Source of the DNA: Campylobacter sp.
GTDB lineage: Bacteria; Campylobacterota; Campylobacteria; Campylobacterales; Campylobacteraceae
Direction: 5' to 3'
Assembly: GCA_022775765.1 (NCBI GenBank)
Contig: JALFKC010000055.1
Location: 3,051-67,050, forward strand
DNA length: 64,000 bases
Both the position numbers and the translations under genes were made by a program. Positions 11,405-21,424 of this stretch are shown piece after piece. Each line of letters starts with the position of its first letter. Positions within the stretch are counted from its first letter, which is position 1. Under the pieces are notes generated by a model. The model was not told the DNA's origin, did not search any database, and saw only the letters and a program-made list of their open reading frames with translations.

Positions 11405-13102
11405 TTATATATGAAATTTACTCTTAAAATACTCATCTATATCAAAATAATAATCCCCATTTTCGCTAGCGAAAGTAAGCATACTTTTATCAAATTTTTC
11501 GTGAGAGTTTATCCCCATCACAGCCATTATCGTCTTTAGACTTTTAAGCATTGTGGCATGATAGTTAGCGATATGTTCGGCTTTTTTGTCTATTAGATAT
11601 GAAAGGCGTTTTTTCTTATCTTGCGTTGCGAGCCCTACAGGGCAGTGTTTGCCAGCTCCCGCACACGCCCTAGCCCTAATGCACCCAGCACTCATCATAA
11701 AACCCCTTGCAATTCCAACCAAATCAGCCCCCAAGCACAGCATTACAGCAGCGTCATCAGGGGTTAAGACCTTGCCACTTGCTATAAGCTTGATTTTGTC
11801 TTTTAGACCAAACTCTCTAAGCTTGCTATCTACGATATAAACTCCGTGTTGCGCGTTTAAGCCAACAGACTCCATCAATTCAAGTGGCGCTGCACCACTT
11901 CCGCCATCAGCCCCATCTATCGTGATAAAATCGGGCAAATCTTTGCCGTTATCCATACGAGATTTGAGTTTTTCACACATTTTTTCGACCTCTTTTATAT
12001 CAGAGATGACGATTTTAAAGCCAACTGGTTTGTCTGAGAGATTTTTGAGTTTTGCGACAAAATCAAAAAGCTCATCATAATCTTTTGCATATGGAAAACG
12101 GTTAGGACTAAAAAGATCCTTGCCAATCTCCACACCCCTATAATACGCAATTTCGGGGCTTATTTTGTCACCTAAAAGCTTGCCACCGGTTTGCTTTGCA
12201 CCTTGAGCGATTTTGATCTCTGTGGCTTTGCAAAACCGCATAACTTTTTGATATCTAAGCTCATCAAATTTGCCATCATCATCTCTAACACCATAAAGTC
12301 CTGAGCCGATTTGAAAGATGATATCAGGCATATCATCAGGAACTTCGCTAGGAAAATTTGAGATATCGCTATTCCAATTAATTCGGTAAAATTTAAGTGA
12401 CTTTTTGTCAAGCACAAAGCTATCTATGGCTTTACCTTTTAGTGCTATCGCTCTATATTTACGGCTTGCGACGGTGTGATTAAAGAAAAATTTATAAATT
12501 CTATACACAGCTTTGCAGAAACTACTAGGATCTATCACCTCAAAATAGCTCTCTCTTTCCTTGGTAAGAGTGTGAGAAAAAAAGTAATTACTAGTTAGCG
12601 ACCCCTCACCTGTATTTACTGTAAATTTGCCTATTTTAGCTGCTTTTGCAAAGGCTCTAGTCCCCTCAGGACTTAATGCACCATCGCTCATTGCTGATCT
12701 TATTATCACAGATTTTGCCACAAATGGCTTTTTACAGCTCTCACCGATTTTCACACTAAAATCACTATTTACCTCAGTATCGTTTAGCACAGATGATGAG
12801 TGTTTTAGTAAAAAATGATTGCCTTTTACAGCTTTTGAAAGGCTAAAACTCATCAATACATTATCTTTTTTGGCGGCCTTATAAACCCAGTTAATTTTAT
12901 CCCTAGAATCATAAAAGCTCTCTTCAGCAAAATACTGCCTAAAAGGCTCACGAAGCTCTTCAAAAAGATATCTAAAACGTGCAATTACTGGGTAATTGAT
13001 AAGCAGCGCGGACTCTCTTTGTACATATCTATCATGCACAAAAAGTGCAAATATCGCCACTACAATACACAAAATCACAATCCAAAAAATGAAATTTATC
13101 AT
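11405..13102 (-). CDS. Stand-alone FMN-binding glutamate synthase-family protein with N-terminal TM helix
   Basis: SAMSDGALS, NTGEGS, EIKIAQGAK, ITIDGADGGSG, LIASG, CPVGLATQD. Confidence 0.88.
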   Translation of the reverse strand: MINFIFWIVILCIVVAIFALFVHDRYVQRESALLINYPVIARFRYLFEELREPFRQYFAEESFYDSRDKINWVYKAAKKDNVLMSFSLSKAVKGNHFLLKHSSSVLNDTEVNSDFSVKIGESCKKPFVAKSVIIRSAMSDGALSPEGTRAFAKAAKIGKFTVNTGEGSLTSNYFFSHTLTKERESYFEVIDPSSFCKAVYRIYKFFFNHTVASRKYRAIALKGKAIDSFVLDKKSLKFYRINWNSDISNFPSEVPDDMPDIIFQIGSGLYGVRDDDGKFDELRYQKVMRFCKATEIKIAQGAKQTGGKLLGDKISPEIAYYRGVEIGKDLFSPNRFPYAKDYDELFDFVAKLKNLSDKPVGFKIVISDIKEVEKMCEKLKSRMDNGKDLPDFITIDGADGGSGAAPLELMESVGLNAQHGVYIVDSKLREFGLKDKIKLIASGKVLTPDDAAVMLCLGADLVGIARGFMMSAGCIRARACAGAGKHCPVGLATQDKKKRLSYLIDKKAEHIANYHATMLKSLKTIMAVMGINSHEKFDKSMLTFASENGDYYFDIDEYFKSKFHI

Positions 13103-13213
13103 AATTTGCTCCTTAGAATTTTGTGACTATTTTAGCTAATATCTCATTTTAAACTTATCAAATTTTTATATTAATTTTTATTTTTATTTTACCTTTAAAT
13201 ATTGCCTATTTTT

Positions 13214-14305
13214 CTAAATTTCTAATGAAATTTGACTAAATTTAATCCATTTAGTCAAAAATATTTGATATTTTGCTAAATTTAAAAACTTTTTAAATTT
13301 AGCAAATTTTTTTAGCAGTTTTTTGCCATCGCCATATAAATTTGATGAGAAATTTTGATTAAAATCAAAGCTGTGATAAATTTCTACAATCTTATCTCTA
13401 TTTGCACCAGCTAAAGCGTTGTATTTAAGCTCTGTTAGTTCAGTCCATTCGGTTTCATCTCTTAAACTACCGCATTTTAGCAAAAAATATGTCTCTTTTT
13501 GCAATCCGCCACAATCATCTTTAAGTGCTTTATCAACCAAACCATCTTCAAATATCCAACCGACTCAACTATCATAATATTTTTTGAGATATTAATATCT
13601 GAGTTTGAGAGTATGTTTTTGGTGCGTGGATGAATAGGAAGCACTATTTTTATCTCATTTGAAATTAAATTTAGCCCATCAAAAATATCTTTTAGTCTTT
13701 TTAAATTGTCAGTATTTTCAGCTCTGCGGATGGTGCAAAGTAAAAAATTACCGTTTAGATTAAAATCCGGCTTTTTTGCAAATTTAGCATAAAAAATTGC
13801 ACTATCTTGCATAATGTCACCTATATTGTGGATATTTTGTTTGAAATCTGGCGTATTAAAAGCAAAGCCTTCGTTTTGTAAATTTGCTACCACTATAGTA
13901 GCCCGACAAAACAAAATACTGCTAACTCCATCGGTGGCTATTGATCTCTTCAGGCATTTGCATATTAAAGCTTCTTAGCCCAGCCTCAATATGGGCTAAA
14001 TTTATGTGAGCCTTACTAGAGCCCCAGCTAAGGTTGAATTGGTATCTCCATACAACAATAATCGGGCTTTTCTTTGAATACAATCTTTTTAATCTCTATC
14101 ATCATCTCGCCAGTCATAGCAGAGTGAGTTTTGCCCCCAAGACCAAGAAAATAGTTTGGTTTTTGGGATTTTCATCTCATCAAAAAATATATCACTCATA
14201 TTTGCATCATAGTGCTACCTTGTGTGGATTATAATCTCATCAATGCTCTCATCTTTGGCAACTTCTCTGCTTAAATTTCCAGCTTTTATAAACTGCGGTC
14301 TAAGC
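13214..14305 (-). pseudogene. wbpI: UDP-sugar 2-epimerase pseudogene (WbpI/WecB non-hydrolysing family)
   Basis: Motifs spread across frames with stops: RPQFIK, IIHTR*HYDANMSDIFF, GDTNSTLAGAL, AHIEAGLRSFNMQMPEEIN, IRRAENTD, LPIHPRT, GGLQKE, LRDETEWTEL, LYGDG. The extreme N-terminus is missing. Confidence 0.88.
13272..13306. terminator. 35-bp AT-rich palindrome at the end of the glycan cluster
   Basis: TTTGCTAAATTTAAAAA C TTTTTAAATTTAGCAAA. Confidence 0.55.
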
Positions 14306-14317
14306 CTGTGAGTAGTT

Positions 14318-15388
14318 TCATACTAATCTTTTCATAAACTCTACTCTATCTCGCTCTTTTTTTTCGCTATCAAGGTGGTTTAGTGCAAATTTTCTTACTT
14401 CGTCGTTGATTTTAATATCACCAAAAACTCTATTTACAAACTCTTTAATTGTCTCTAAATCCACATTATTAGGTGAATTTGCAAGCTTCAAAGCAAAGCT
14501 CTCATCCCCGCTTAAATCGCTATCATCATACGCATAGATTATAGGTAGCCCACAAGCCAAATACTGCCTTGTCTTAAGTGGACTTGCTTCACTCATCCCT
14601 TTTTTATAAAGGCTAAGGGTGCATATTCCAATGTCGCAGCCACAGATGATTTGGCTAGCTTTTTCATCGCTCATTTTGCCTAAAAATTTAAGATTTTGAG
14701 TGTCATCGCCATCAATTCCAATCATATAAAAATCATATTCCCTTAGCGCATTTGCCATAGAAATTATCTTATCCACGCCGTGCCAACTTTGACCGCTTGA
14801 GCCGATAAATATTAGCCTAGGGCGAGAGTTTTGAGTGGTTTTAAGTGGGTATTTAGCTACGCTTACGCCGTTTGCCATCACACAAAGCGGTCTATTGTAA
14901 CTCTTAAACTCGCTAGCTAATTCAGAGCTTACACATACAAAACCGCTAACTTTTTTGTAGATTAAATTTCTTGTCAAAAGGTTATAATAATACCAAATTT
15001 TACCCCTAAATTTGCTCTCTTTTTTGTCATCACTATTTATCTCCATCACGGTTTTGTTAACGCCTAAGAATTTAGCGAAATTTGGGGTAAAAAATAGATA
15101 TCTAGTATAGATTATGTCAAATTTAAGATTTTTAGTTAGTGCTAAAAGAGTTTTGCTTTTTTGAAAATGCTCTAAAATCCTAGCAATCTTGCCACTACTA
15201 GCCGTTTTTTTGGGAATGCTGCGAATTGTCTTGCCATCAAATTCACGCATTTGCCCTTTTACCAAATCAGCCACGAAAACTTCGCACCCCATAGCTTGCC
15301 AGTGCGAAATTTGCGTACAGATTTTCTTAAAAACTCCAGAATCTTTTTGCGAAATACTTCGCTCATTGATGATATAAAGCACTCTCAA
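14318..15388 (-). CDS. Glycosyltransferase (GT-B, GT4-like)
   Basis: FIGSSGQSWHGVDKI, SPLKTRQYLACGLPII. Confidence 0.85.
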   Translation of the reverse strand: MRVLYIINERSISQKDSGVFKKICTQISHWQAMGCEVFVADLVKGQMREFDGKTIRSIPKKTASSGKIARILEHFQKSKTLLALTKNLKFDIIYTRYLFFTPNFAKFLGVNKTVMEINSDDKKESKFRGKIWYYYNLLTRNLIYKKVSGFVCVSSELASEFKSYNRPLCVMANGVSVAKYPLKTTQNSRPRLIFIGSSGQSWHGVDKIISMANALREYDFYMIGIDGDDTQNLKFLGKMSDEKASQIICGCDIGICTLSLYKKGMSEASPLKTRQYLACGLPIIYAYDDSDLSGDESFALKLANSPNNVDLETIKEFVNRVFGDIKINDEVRKFALNHLDSEKKERDRVEFMKRLV

Positions 15389-16512
15389 GCTTTAGCCTTT
15401 ACTTCGTAAATTTCAGCTAAAACTTGCTCTTGATTCTCCCAATTGTAAATCTTAGAAGCGTTTTTTAGATTTTGACTTAGGGCATTTTTGTCAAGCTTAG
15501 CAATCTCACCACAAGCTTTAATAAGAGCGTCTTTTGAGCTTTCGCTCACTACGACGCCAACTTTGTTGGTTTCAATCACTCGTTTTATCTCGGGCAAATT
15601 TGAGCCCACTACGCCAACTCCAGCCATAATGTATTCAAACATCTTATTTGGAAGTGAATAGGTATAGCTTAGGCAAATTCCCTCAATCAGGCAAATTCCA
15701 TAATCCGCACTGCTTGTATAATCTAGCAAAATCTCAGGACTCACCGCCTCGTGATAGTAGATATTGTTTGAGATTTTGGCACTCTCTTTGATAAGACTAG
15801 AAAGCTCACCATACCCCATAAAAATAACGCATTTTGTGCTATCACTTAGTCCTTTAAACGCTTCAACTATGAGCTCAATCCCACGCCCCCGCGAGAGCCC
15901 ACCTTGATACAAAAATATATCAGTATCTTTTGAAATCCCAAATTTTTCCCTAAAAATGTCGTGCTTTTTGCTCTGTTTAAATGGTGGCGTATTTAGCACG
16001 AGATAGGGCTTAACCGCGTAAAGTTTGGCGTAATCTTTGGCAATAGATGGACTAACCGTTATGACGCGGTAGGCGTATTTAATGAGAAATTTCTCTATTT
16101 TTTTGGATAGAGTTTTAAAAATACCTCTTAAATTTACAGTTTCAGTCTCGTATTCGTGTGCGTCGTAGATGATTTTTGTGTCTTTTTTGAAGAGTTTTTT
16201 GATCAAAAATGCCGTTGGCAAGGTGTGAATATCGTTGGCGTGGATATAGTCTGCGTCTTTAAATTTAAGAGTTTTTAGCACAAAATGAAGATATTGAAAA
16301 AGCCTTATAAATTTGCTCTTTGACCAGCCGTTGCCAAAAAATTTAACTCTATTAACCGCGATATTATGGACATTTTCACTCTCTTTTAGCCCATTTTCAA
16401 AAAAGGCTATTATCCTAACTTCAAAGCCAAATTTATCTAAGCTCATTGCGGTTTTTAAAACCCTAGTGTCATTTTTAAAACTATTTAATACAAACATATT
16501 TACTTTTTTCAT
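15385..16512 (-). CDS. Glycosyltransferase (GT4 family)
   Basis: DTRVLK, YDAHEYE, GGLSRGRGIE, LPNKMFEYIMAG. Confidence 0.88.
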   Translation of the reverse strand: MKKVNMFVLNSFKNDTRVLKTAMSLDKFGFEVRIIAFFENGLKESENVHNIAVNRVKFFGNGWSKSKFIRLFQYLHFVLKTLKFKDADYIHANDIHTLPTAFLIKKLFKKDTKIIYDAHEYETETVNLRGIFKTLSKKIEKFLIKYAYRVITVSPSIAKDYAKLYAVKPYLVLNTPPFKQSKKHDIFREKFGISKDTDIFLYQGGLSRGRGIELIVEAFKGLSDSTKCVIFMGYGELSSLIKESAKISNNIYYHEAVSPEILLDYTSSADYGICLIEGICLSYTYSLPNKMFEYIMAGVGVVGSNLPEIKRVIETNKVGVVVSESSKDALIKACGEIAKLDKNALSQNLKNASKIYNWENQEQVLAEIYEVKAKA

Positions 16513-17720
16513 ATTTTACCTTTTGTTATTATCTTTACAAATTCACTATAATTTTTATCAGCACTATATTTTTCTAAAAAAATCTTGTATGAGTTTTGCC
16601 TTGTATTTTTGTCCTTGAACAATAGCATTTTAGAAAAAGCATTTTTTAGCTCATCAATATTAAAGTTTTGATTTAGCAAGATGCCATTGAATCCGCTTCT
16701 AACCATATCGCTCACACCGCCAATATCTGGGGCAATGATTGGGATTTTAGCACTCATAGCCTCCATTATAGAGACCGGAACGCCCTCTGAAGAGCTAACA
16801 TTTACAAATACATCCACCATATTTTTGTCATAAAAATCAAAAATTTCTGAGTTCTTTAGTTGTCCCAAAAATTTAAACTCTATATCTTTTAGTTTTTGAT
16901 TAGCTAGGGATTTAATCTCGTTTTCAAGCTTGCCACTTCCAATATGAAACCAAGAAATTTTTATATTTTTGTGATTTTTTGCAAACATTTCTAAAGCAAA
17001 TATTAACCTATCAATTTGCTTAACCCTAGAAATACTTGAGCAAGAAACAACTACAAATTCATCCAAATTTGACGGCTTAGTCTCAATTGATTTATCCTTT
17101 ACACCAAGCGGACTAAAAATAATCTGATTTTCTTTAAAACCATAATTTTTAATTAAATACTCTTTTGCTAAGTGCGTTATGATAAAAATTTGATCCAAAT
17201 CTGTATATTGAGATTTAAATGGCATATAAGAAAATGGCTTATTTTCTTTGTAAATATCTTGCCTATGAATTCTACTAACAAGCTTAAAGCCAAATTTATC
17301 TTTCAACTCGCACAAGGCATAAGTCTCTTCTAAATTCCAATATGTATAAAATATATCATCTTTTTTTACATTGTTTTTAATGCAAAATTTATAAAAATTT
17401 TTCTTGTAAAAACAAATTCTCCCAATTGAACGCAATAATATCTTAAATTTAGATAAATTTGAGATATTTTGGGAAGTGATTTCTTTATAAAATTGCACTT
17501 TAAATAGTGATTTTACAAAACATTCACATTTTTGAAAAAATCCATATTTTTGCTTAACAAATAGATTATCAACTTTAATATTTTTGTCTCTTGTGATTAA
17601 AGAAGTAGGAAAAAGCGGTATGAAAATAACTTCTAAATTTTTATAATATTTTACTTCAGTTTCTAAAAACTCTTCGCCTTTTGCATATGGAAAATTGTGT
17701 GTTATTATGAAAATTCTCAT
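16509..17720 (-). CDS. Glycosyltransferase (GT4 family)
   Basis: FPYAKGEEFLETE, SSEGVPVSIMEAMSAKIPIIAPDIGG. Confidence 0.88.
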   Translation of the reverse strand: MRIFIITHNFPYAKGEEFLETEVKYYKNLEVIFIPLFPTSLITRDKNIKVDNLFVKQKYGFFQKCECFVKSLFKVQFYKEITSQNISNLSKFKILLRSIGRICFYKKNFYKFCIKNNVKKDDIFYTYWNLEETYALCELKDKFGFKLVSRIHRQDIYKENKPFSYMPFKSQYTDLDQIFIITHLAKEYLIKNYGFKENQIIFSPLGVKDKSIETKPSNLDEFVVVSCSSISRVKQIDRLIFALEMFAKNHKNIKISWFHIGSGKLENEIKSLANQKLKDIEFKFLGQLKNSEIFDFYDKNMVDVFVNVSSSEGVPVSIMEAMSAKIPIIAPDIGGVSDMVRSGFNGILLNQNFNIDELKNAFSKMLLFKDKNTRQNSYKIFLEKYSADKNYSEFVKIITKGKI

Positions 17721-18970
17721 TTTTTACTAAGCCTTTTTGTATGAAAAAACACTAAAAATATCAATATCAAAAGCAAAATCGCCATCAAATTTGCCATTAC
17801 GCCAAGTGCGTTTAAAAAGCCTAAATCTCGCAAAAAATAGAGCGAACTAAGCGGGACAATCATATAAAAAATAGAAAATATCAAAAGATCTTTTTGCCTA
17901 CCTAAAACGATGAAAATTTGAGATAGCGGCGAAGTAATAAAGTTTAGATAAACCCACGGCGTCATAACTGCTGCTATTTTGCCCGCCACTCTCCACTCAG
18001 CCCCAAATACAAAGGCAAACAAAGGCTCAGCCAAAAAATAAAGACAGGCAAAAATGGGAAGTGCGATTATGGCAAGTTTGATAGTAAAGCTTTTAATTAT
18101 ATTATGAAGATCGCTTTTTTTAGCTACCGCAATCTCTCTAAAAAACACCTGTGAAAACGCACTCCCAATAATTGCTGATGGGGCGTAAATACTTCTATAA
18201 GCTAGTGAAAACTGCCCTAAAAATGCTGTCCCAAAGAGTTTGTTGATGATGAAATTTACCCCTGAGAGCCTAATGGTATCGATGATGGCGTTGGGTAAAT
18301 TTAAGAGTGGGAAATTCTTGTATTTTTTAGCTAGAGCGATGATTTTGAGCCTATTTATATCTTTTAGCTTACTCTTAAATTTAGCCAAAAAAACTCTTAT
18401 AAAATTTGAAGTTGCGATAATTTGAGCACATAAATTTGAGATAATCAGCCCAAAATTTGTAAGGCTCACAAATCCAAAGCCAAGATTTAAAGATGATGAC
18501 GAAAGGCTTTGGACTACGCGGTTAGAACTGATTAATTTATAGTTTTTGTGTCTATTAAACCAGTAATTTAAAGAGTTGTAAATTCCTATCAAAAACACGC
18601 TAAGTGGGGCTAAATAGAGCCAATTTTTGATCTCAGCGTTGCCAAGAAGCCTAGCAATCTCGCCACCAAAAATCGCTATAATCACTAAAAACAAAAAGCT
18701 TATAAAACTCACGCAAATTAGCGATAAAGCCACGACATTAAGGGCGTCGCTGTGCTTTTTGGGAAGCATAATGGCAAGTTCATATCTAGCACTTACTATT
18801 ATTGAAGCTAGACTAACCACACTCAAAAAAAGTGCAAACACACCAAACTCTTCAGGGCTATAAAGACGCGTAAGAATGGGGCTTATCGCAATTGGAATGG
18901 CTTGGGCGATAGTAGTTCCTGTGATGAGAGTTAGGATATTTTTGGTAAATTCACTCTTTATCAAATGCAA
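17717..18970 (-). CDS. wzx: Wzx-family oligosaccharide flippase
   Basis: TGTTIAQAIPIAISPILTRLYSPEEFG and many TM helices. Confidence 0.9.
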   Translation of the reverse strand: MHLIKSEFTKNILTLITGTTIAQAIPIAISPILTRLYSPEEFGVFALFLSVVSLASIIVSARYELAIMLPKKHSDALNVVALSLICVSFISFLFLVIIAIFGGEIARLLGNAEIKNWLYLAPLSVFLIGIYNSLNYWFNRHKNYKLISSNRVVQSLSSSSLNLGFGFVSLTNFGLIISNLCAQIIATSNFIRVFLAKFKSKLKDINRLKIIALAKKYKNFPLLNLPNAIIDTIRLSGVNFIINKLFGTAFLGQFSLAYRSIYAPSAIIGSAFSQVFFREIAVAKKSDLHNIIKSFTIKLAIIALPIFACLYFLAEPLFAFVFGAEWRVAGKIAAVMTPWVYLNFITSPLSQIFIVLGRQKDLLIFSIFYMIVPLSSLYFLRDLGFLNALGVMANLMAILLLILIFLVFFHTKRLSKK

Positions 18971-19083
18971 ACTTTAAAATTTAATCTAGCAATTTAGCTT
19001 TGAATTTGGGATAAATTCCATGGCAGAAATCTCTAAATTTCTCATCAAATCCACCGCATTTTCCGCGACAATTTCTATAAATT

Positions 19084-20619
19084 TCATAAATTCTCAGCCA
19101 CAAACTCTATCTCATCATCACTTAAATATGGATTCATAGGTAGGGATAAAATCTCACTAGAAACTCTCTCGCTAATTGGGAAATCACCTAATTTATAGCC
19201 TAAATATTTAAAGCACTCTTGCAAATGAAGTGGCTTTGGATAGTGGATGGCAGTTGGAATGCCTTTTTCTTTTAGCCTTGCTTGAATAGTGTCTCTATTT
19301 TTCACTCTTATAGAAAACTGTGCGTAAGCTGAGATGGCTCTTTTGTCAATAAAAGGTAAAATCAAATCTTTATCTTTTAAGGCTTCATAGTATTTGCTAG
19401 CAACCTCTCTTCTTAGAGCTAAATCATCTTTGTAATGTCTTAGCTTTACTCTTAAAACCGCAGCTTGAATAGTATCAAGTCTTGCACCAAGGCCGATAAA
19501 TTTATGGTGGTAGCGTCTATCTTGCCCATGAACTCTAAGCTGAGCGATTTTCTCACAAAGCGTTTCATCATTTGTAAAAACTGCTCCGCTATCGCCATAG
19601 CAACCAAGTGGCTTTGATGGGAAAAATGAAGTTGTGCTAATATCGCCAAGCACACTATCTTTTACTCCTTCCCACTGCGAACCAAAGCTTTGAGCACCAT
19701 CGATTATGAGCTTAAGGCTATATTTTTGGCAAATTTCACTAAGAGCGGTTATATTTGCTGGTTGGCCATATAGTGAAACTGCGATGATAGCTTTAGTTTT
19801 TGGTGTGATTTTAGCCTCTATTAAGTTCTCATCAATATTGTAGGTCTGTTCGTTAATATCTACAAATACAGGCGTCGCACCAGCTAAAGCTATGATTTCA
19901 GAGGTTGAAATAAATGTAAATGGTGTGGTTATAACTTCATCGCCCTGCTTTAAACCTAGAGCTATAACCCCAAGCAAGAGTGCGTCTGTGCCGTTACTGC
20001 AAGTTATGCAGTGTTTTGCACCACTATATTCGCAAAGCTCACTCTCTAGGGCTTTAATCTCATCACCCATTATAAAATTTGCCTTGTTTAAAACAGCGTC
20101 TAGGCTTTCTTCAAACTCACTGATGTATCTTGTATGCTGAAGTTTTAAATTTGCAAAGTCGATTTTGGATGGTTTTAGTTTGCCTGTTTTTTCGTCGTAA
20201 TATTCGCTTAGAAAATCCTTTGGTGATACGCAAATTTCAGGGTGTTTATTTAGCAGATTTTCATCTCTTGTTAGAAGTTTTGCATCTATTGCTTTGGCTG
20301 AGGCTAGGATTAGTGAGCTTTCTAAATTGTCAAAATTTATATCAATATAAGATGGGGTTTTGGCGATTTTAAAAAAGCTTAGAATCTCTTTGATGACTTG
20401 ATGAGTGATATTTTTAGCCTTAGAAGTAGTAAAATTAGGATTGTTTCTTTTAATCTCACTAATGCAGATAAACTCAAAATTGTCAATTGAGCTTGAGGAA
20501 ATAAAGATTTCGCCACTGTTTTTTAAAACTTCAAAGCATTTTAGTGAGTGGGGGAATTGCTTGGTTCTAGCGTTTGAATAGATATCAAGTAAAATATTTA
20601 AATCAAATAAAACTTTCAT
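19084..20619 (-). CDS. wbpE: PIN-domain / WbpE (DegT/DnrJ/EryC1/StrS) aminotransferase fusion
   Basis: aa 1-138 PIN-like (MKVLFDLNILLD...LILASA...LLTRD...SPKDFL); aa ~152-511 sugar aminotransferase (SNGTDAL, IDGAQSFG, SFFPSKPLGCYGD, RLDTIQAA, LSLPM). Confidence 0.88.
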   Translation of the reverse strand: MKVLFDLNILLDIYSNARTKQFPHSLKCFEVLKNSGEIFISSSSIDNFEFICISEIKRNNPNFTTSKAKNITHQVIKEILSFFKIAKTPSYIDINFDNLESSLILASAKAIDAKLLTRDENLLNKHPEICVSPKDFLSEYYDEKTGKLKPSKIDFANLKLQHTRYISEFEESLDAVLNKANFIMGDEIKALESELCEYSGAKHCITCSNGTDALLLGVIALGLKQGDEVITTPFTFISTSEIIALAGATPVFVDINEQTYNIDENLIEAKITPKTKAIIAVSLYGQPANITALSEICQKYSLKLIIDGAQSFGSQWEGVKDSVLGDISTTSFFPSKPLGCYGDSGAVFTNDETLCEKIAQLRVHGQDRRYHHKFIGLGARLDTIQAAVLRVKLRHYKDDLALRREVASKYYEALKDKDLILPFIDKRAISAYAQFSIRVKNRDTIQARLKEKGIPTAIHYPKPLHLQECFKYLGYKLGDFPISERVSSEILSLPMNPYLSDDEIEFVAENL

Positions 20620-20837
20620 GAATGCTTCCTTAAAAGATACTCTCCATACTCATTTTTCCACTCATCACCTATATTGCCAATTGAGTTTAAAACTATCTCT
20701 TTAACGTTAGAGACTGTTTTGTTAAATTTAGTGCTATTTTCTTGTATATCCACATCCACCCCATTTAAATTTCCTAAAAACCACAAAATTTTCTCTCTTA
20801 ATTCAGCATTTTCTACTCGTATAACTATCTCGCTCAT
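20616..20837 (-). CDS. Small antitoxin-like protein (73 aa)
   Basis: TAATG overlap with wbpD and ATGA overlap with PIN-wbpE. The C-terminus WKNEYGEYLLRKHS resembles, from recall, small proteins found upstream of PIN toxins (DUF6364-like). Confidence 0.6.
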   Translation of the reverse strand: MSEIVIRVENAELREKILWFLGNLNGVDVDIQENSTKFNKTVSNVKEIVLNSIGNIGDEWKNEYGEYLLRKHS

Positions 20838-21424
20838 TATATTTTCCTTAAATTCTCTCCATCAAGCTTGTATTTTGAAGAGTCATATTGATCTATGGCT
20901 TCTCCATTTTCATCAAATTTTAGAGTATTTCCAGCCACACTTACCCAGCCTATCTGTTTAGCAGGAACTCCCACCATTAAAGCGTGAGACTTTACATCTT
21001 TATTTACAACCGCTCCACTTCCAATTAAGGCGTATTCGCCAATTGTTACCCCACACACGATAGTTGCGTTTGCTCCTATGCTTGAGCCCTTTTTTAGGAT
21101 GGTTTTTTTAAACTCATTGCGGCGAACTATGAAAGCTCTAGGATTGATAACATTTGTAAAAACCATACTAGGACCCAAAAACACATCATCTTCTATCTCA
21201 ACGCCTTCATAAATACTAATATTGTTTTGAACTTTTACACCATTTCCAACCCTTACATTTGGTCCAACTACGCAGTTTTGTCCAAAAGAGCAGTTTTTGC
21301 CAATATTTGAGCCTTTTAGGATATGGCAAAAGTGCCAAATTTTAGTATTATCACCGATAGTTACCCCATCATCTACAAACGAACTTTCATGAGCGAAATA
21401 TCCCATCAAAGCACCCTTTTGCAA
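20837..21424 (-). CDS. wbpD: UDP-3-amino-sugar N-acetyltransferase (hexapeptide repeat)
   Basis: [51 protein letters not shown]. Confidence 0.9.
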   Translation of the reverse strand: MQKGALMGYFAHESSFVDDGVTIGDNTKIWHFCHILKGSNIGKNCSFGQNCVVGPNVRVGNGVKVQNNISIYEGVEIEDDVFLGPSMVFTNVINPRAFIVRRNEFKKTILKKGSSIGANATIVCGVTIGEYALIGSGAVVNKDVKSHALMVGVPAKQIGWVSVAGNTLKFDENGEAIDQYDSSKYKLDGENLRKI

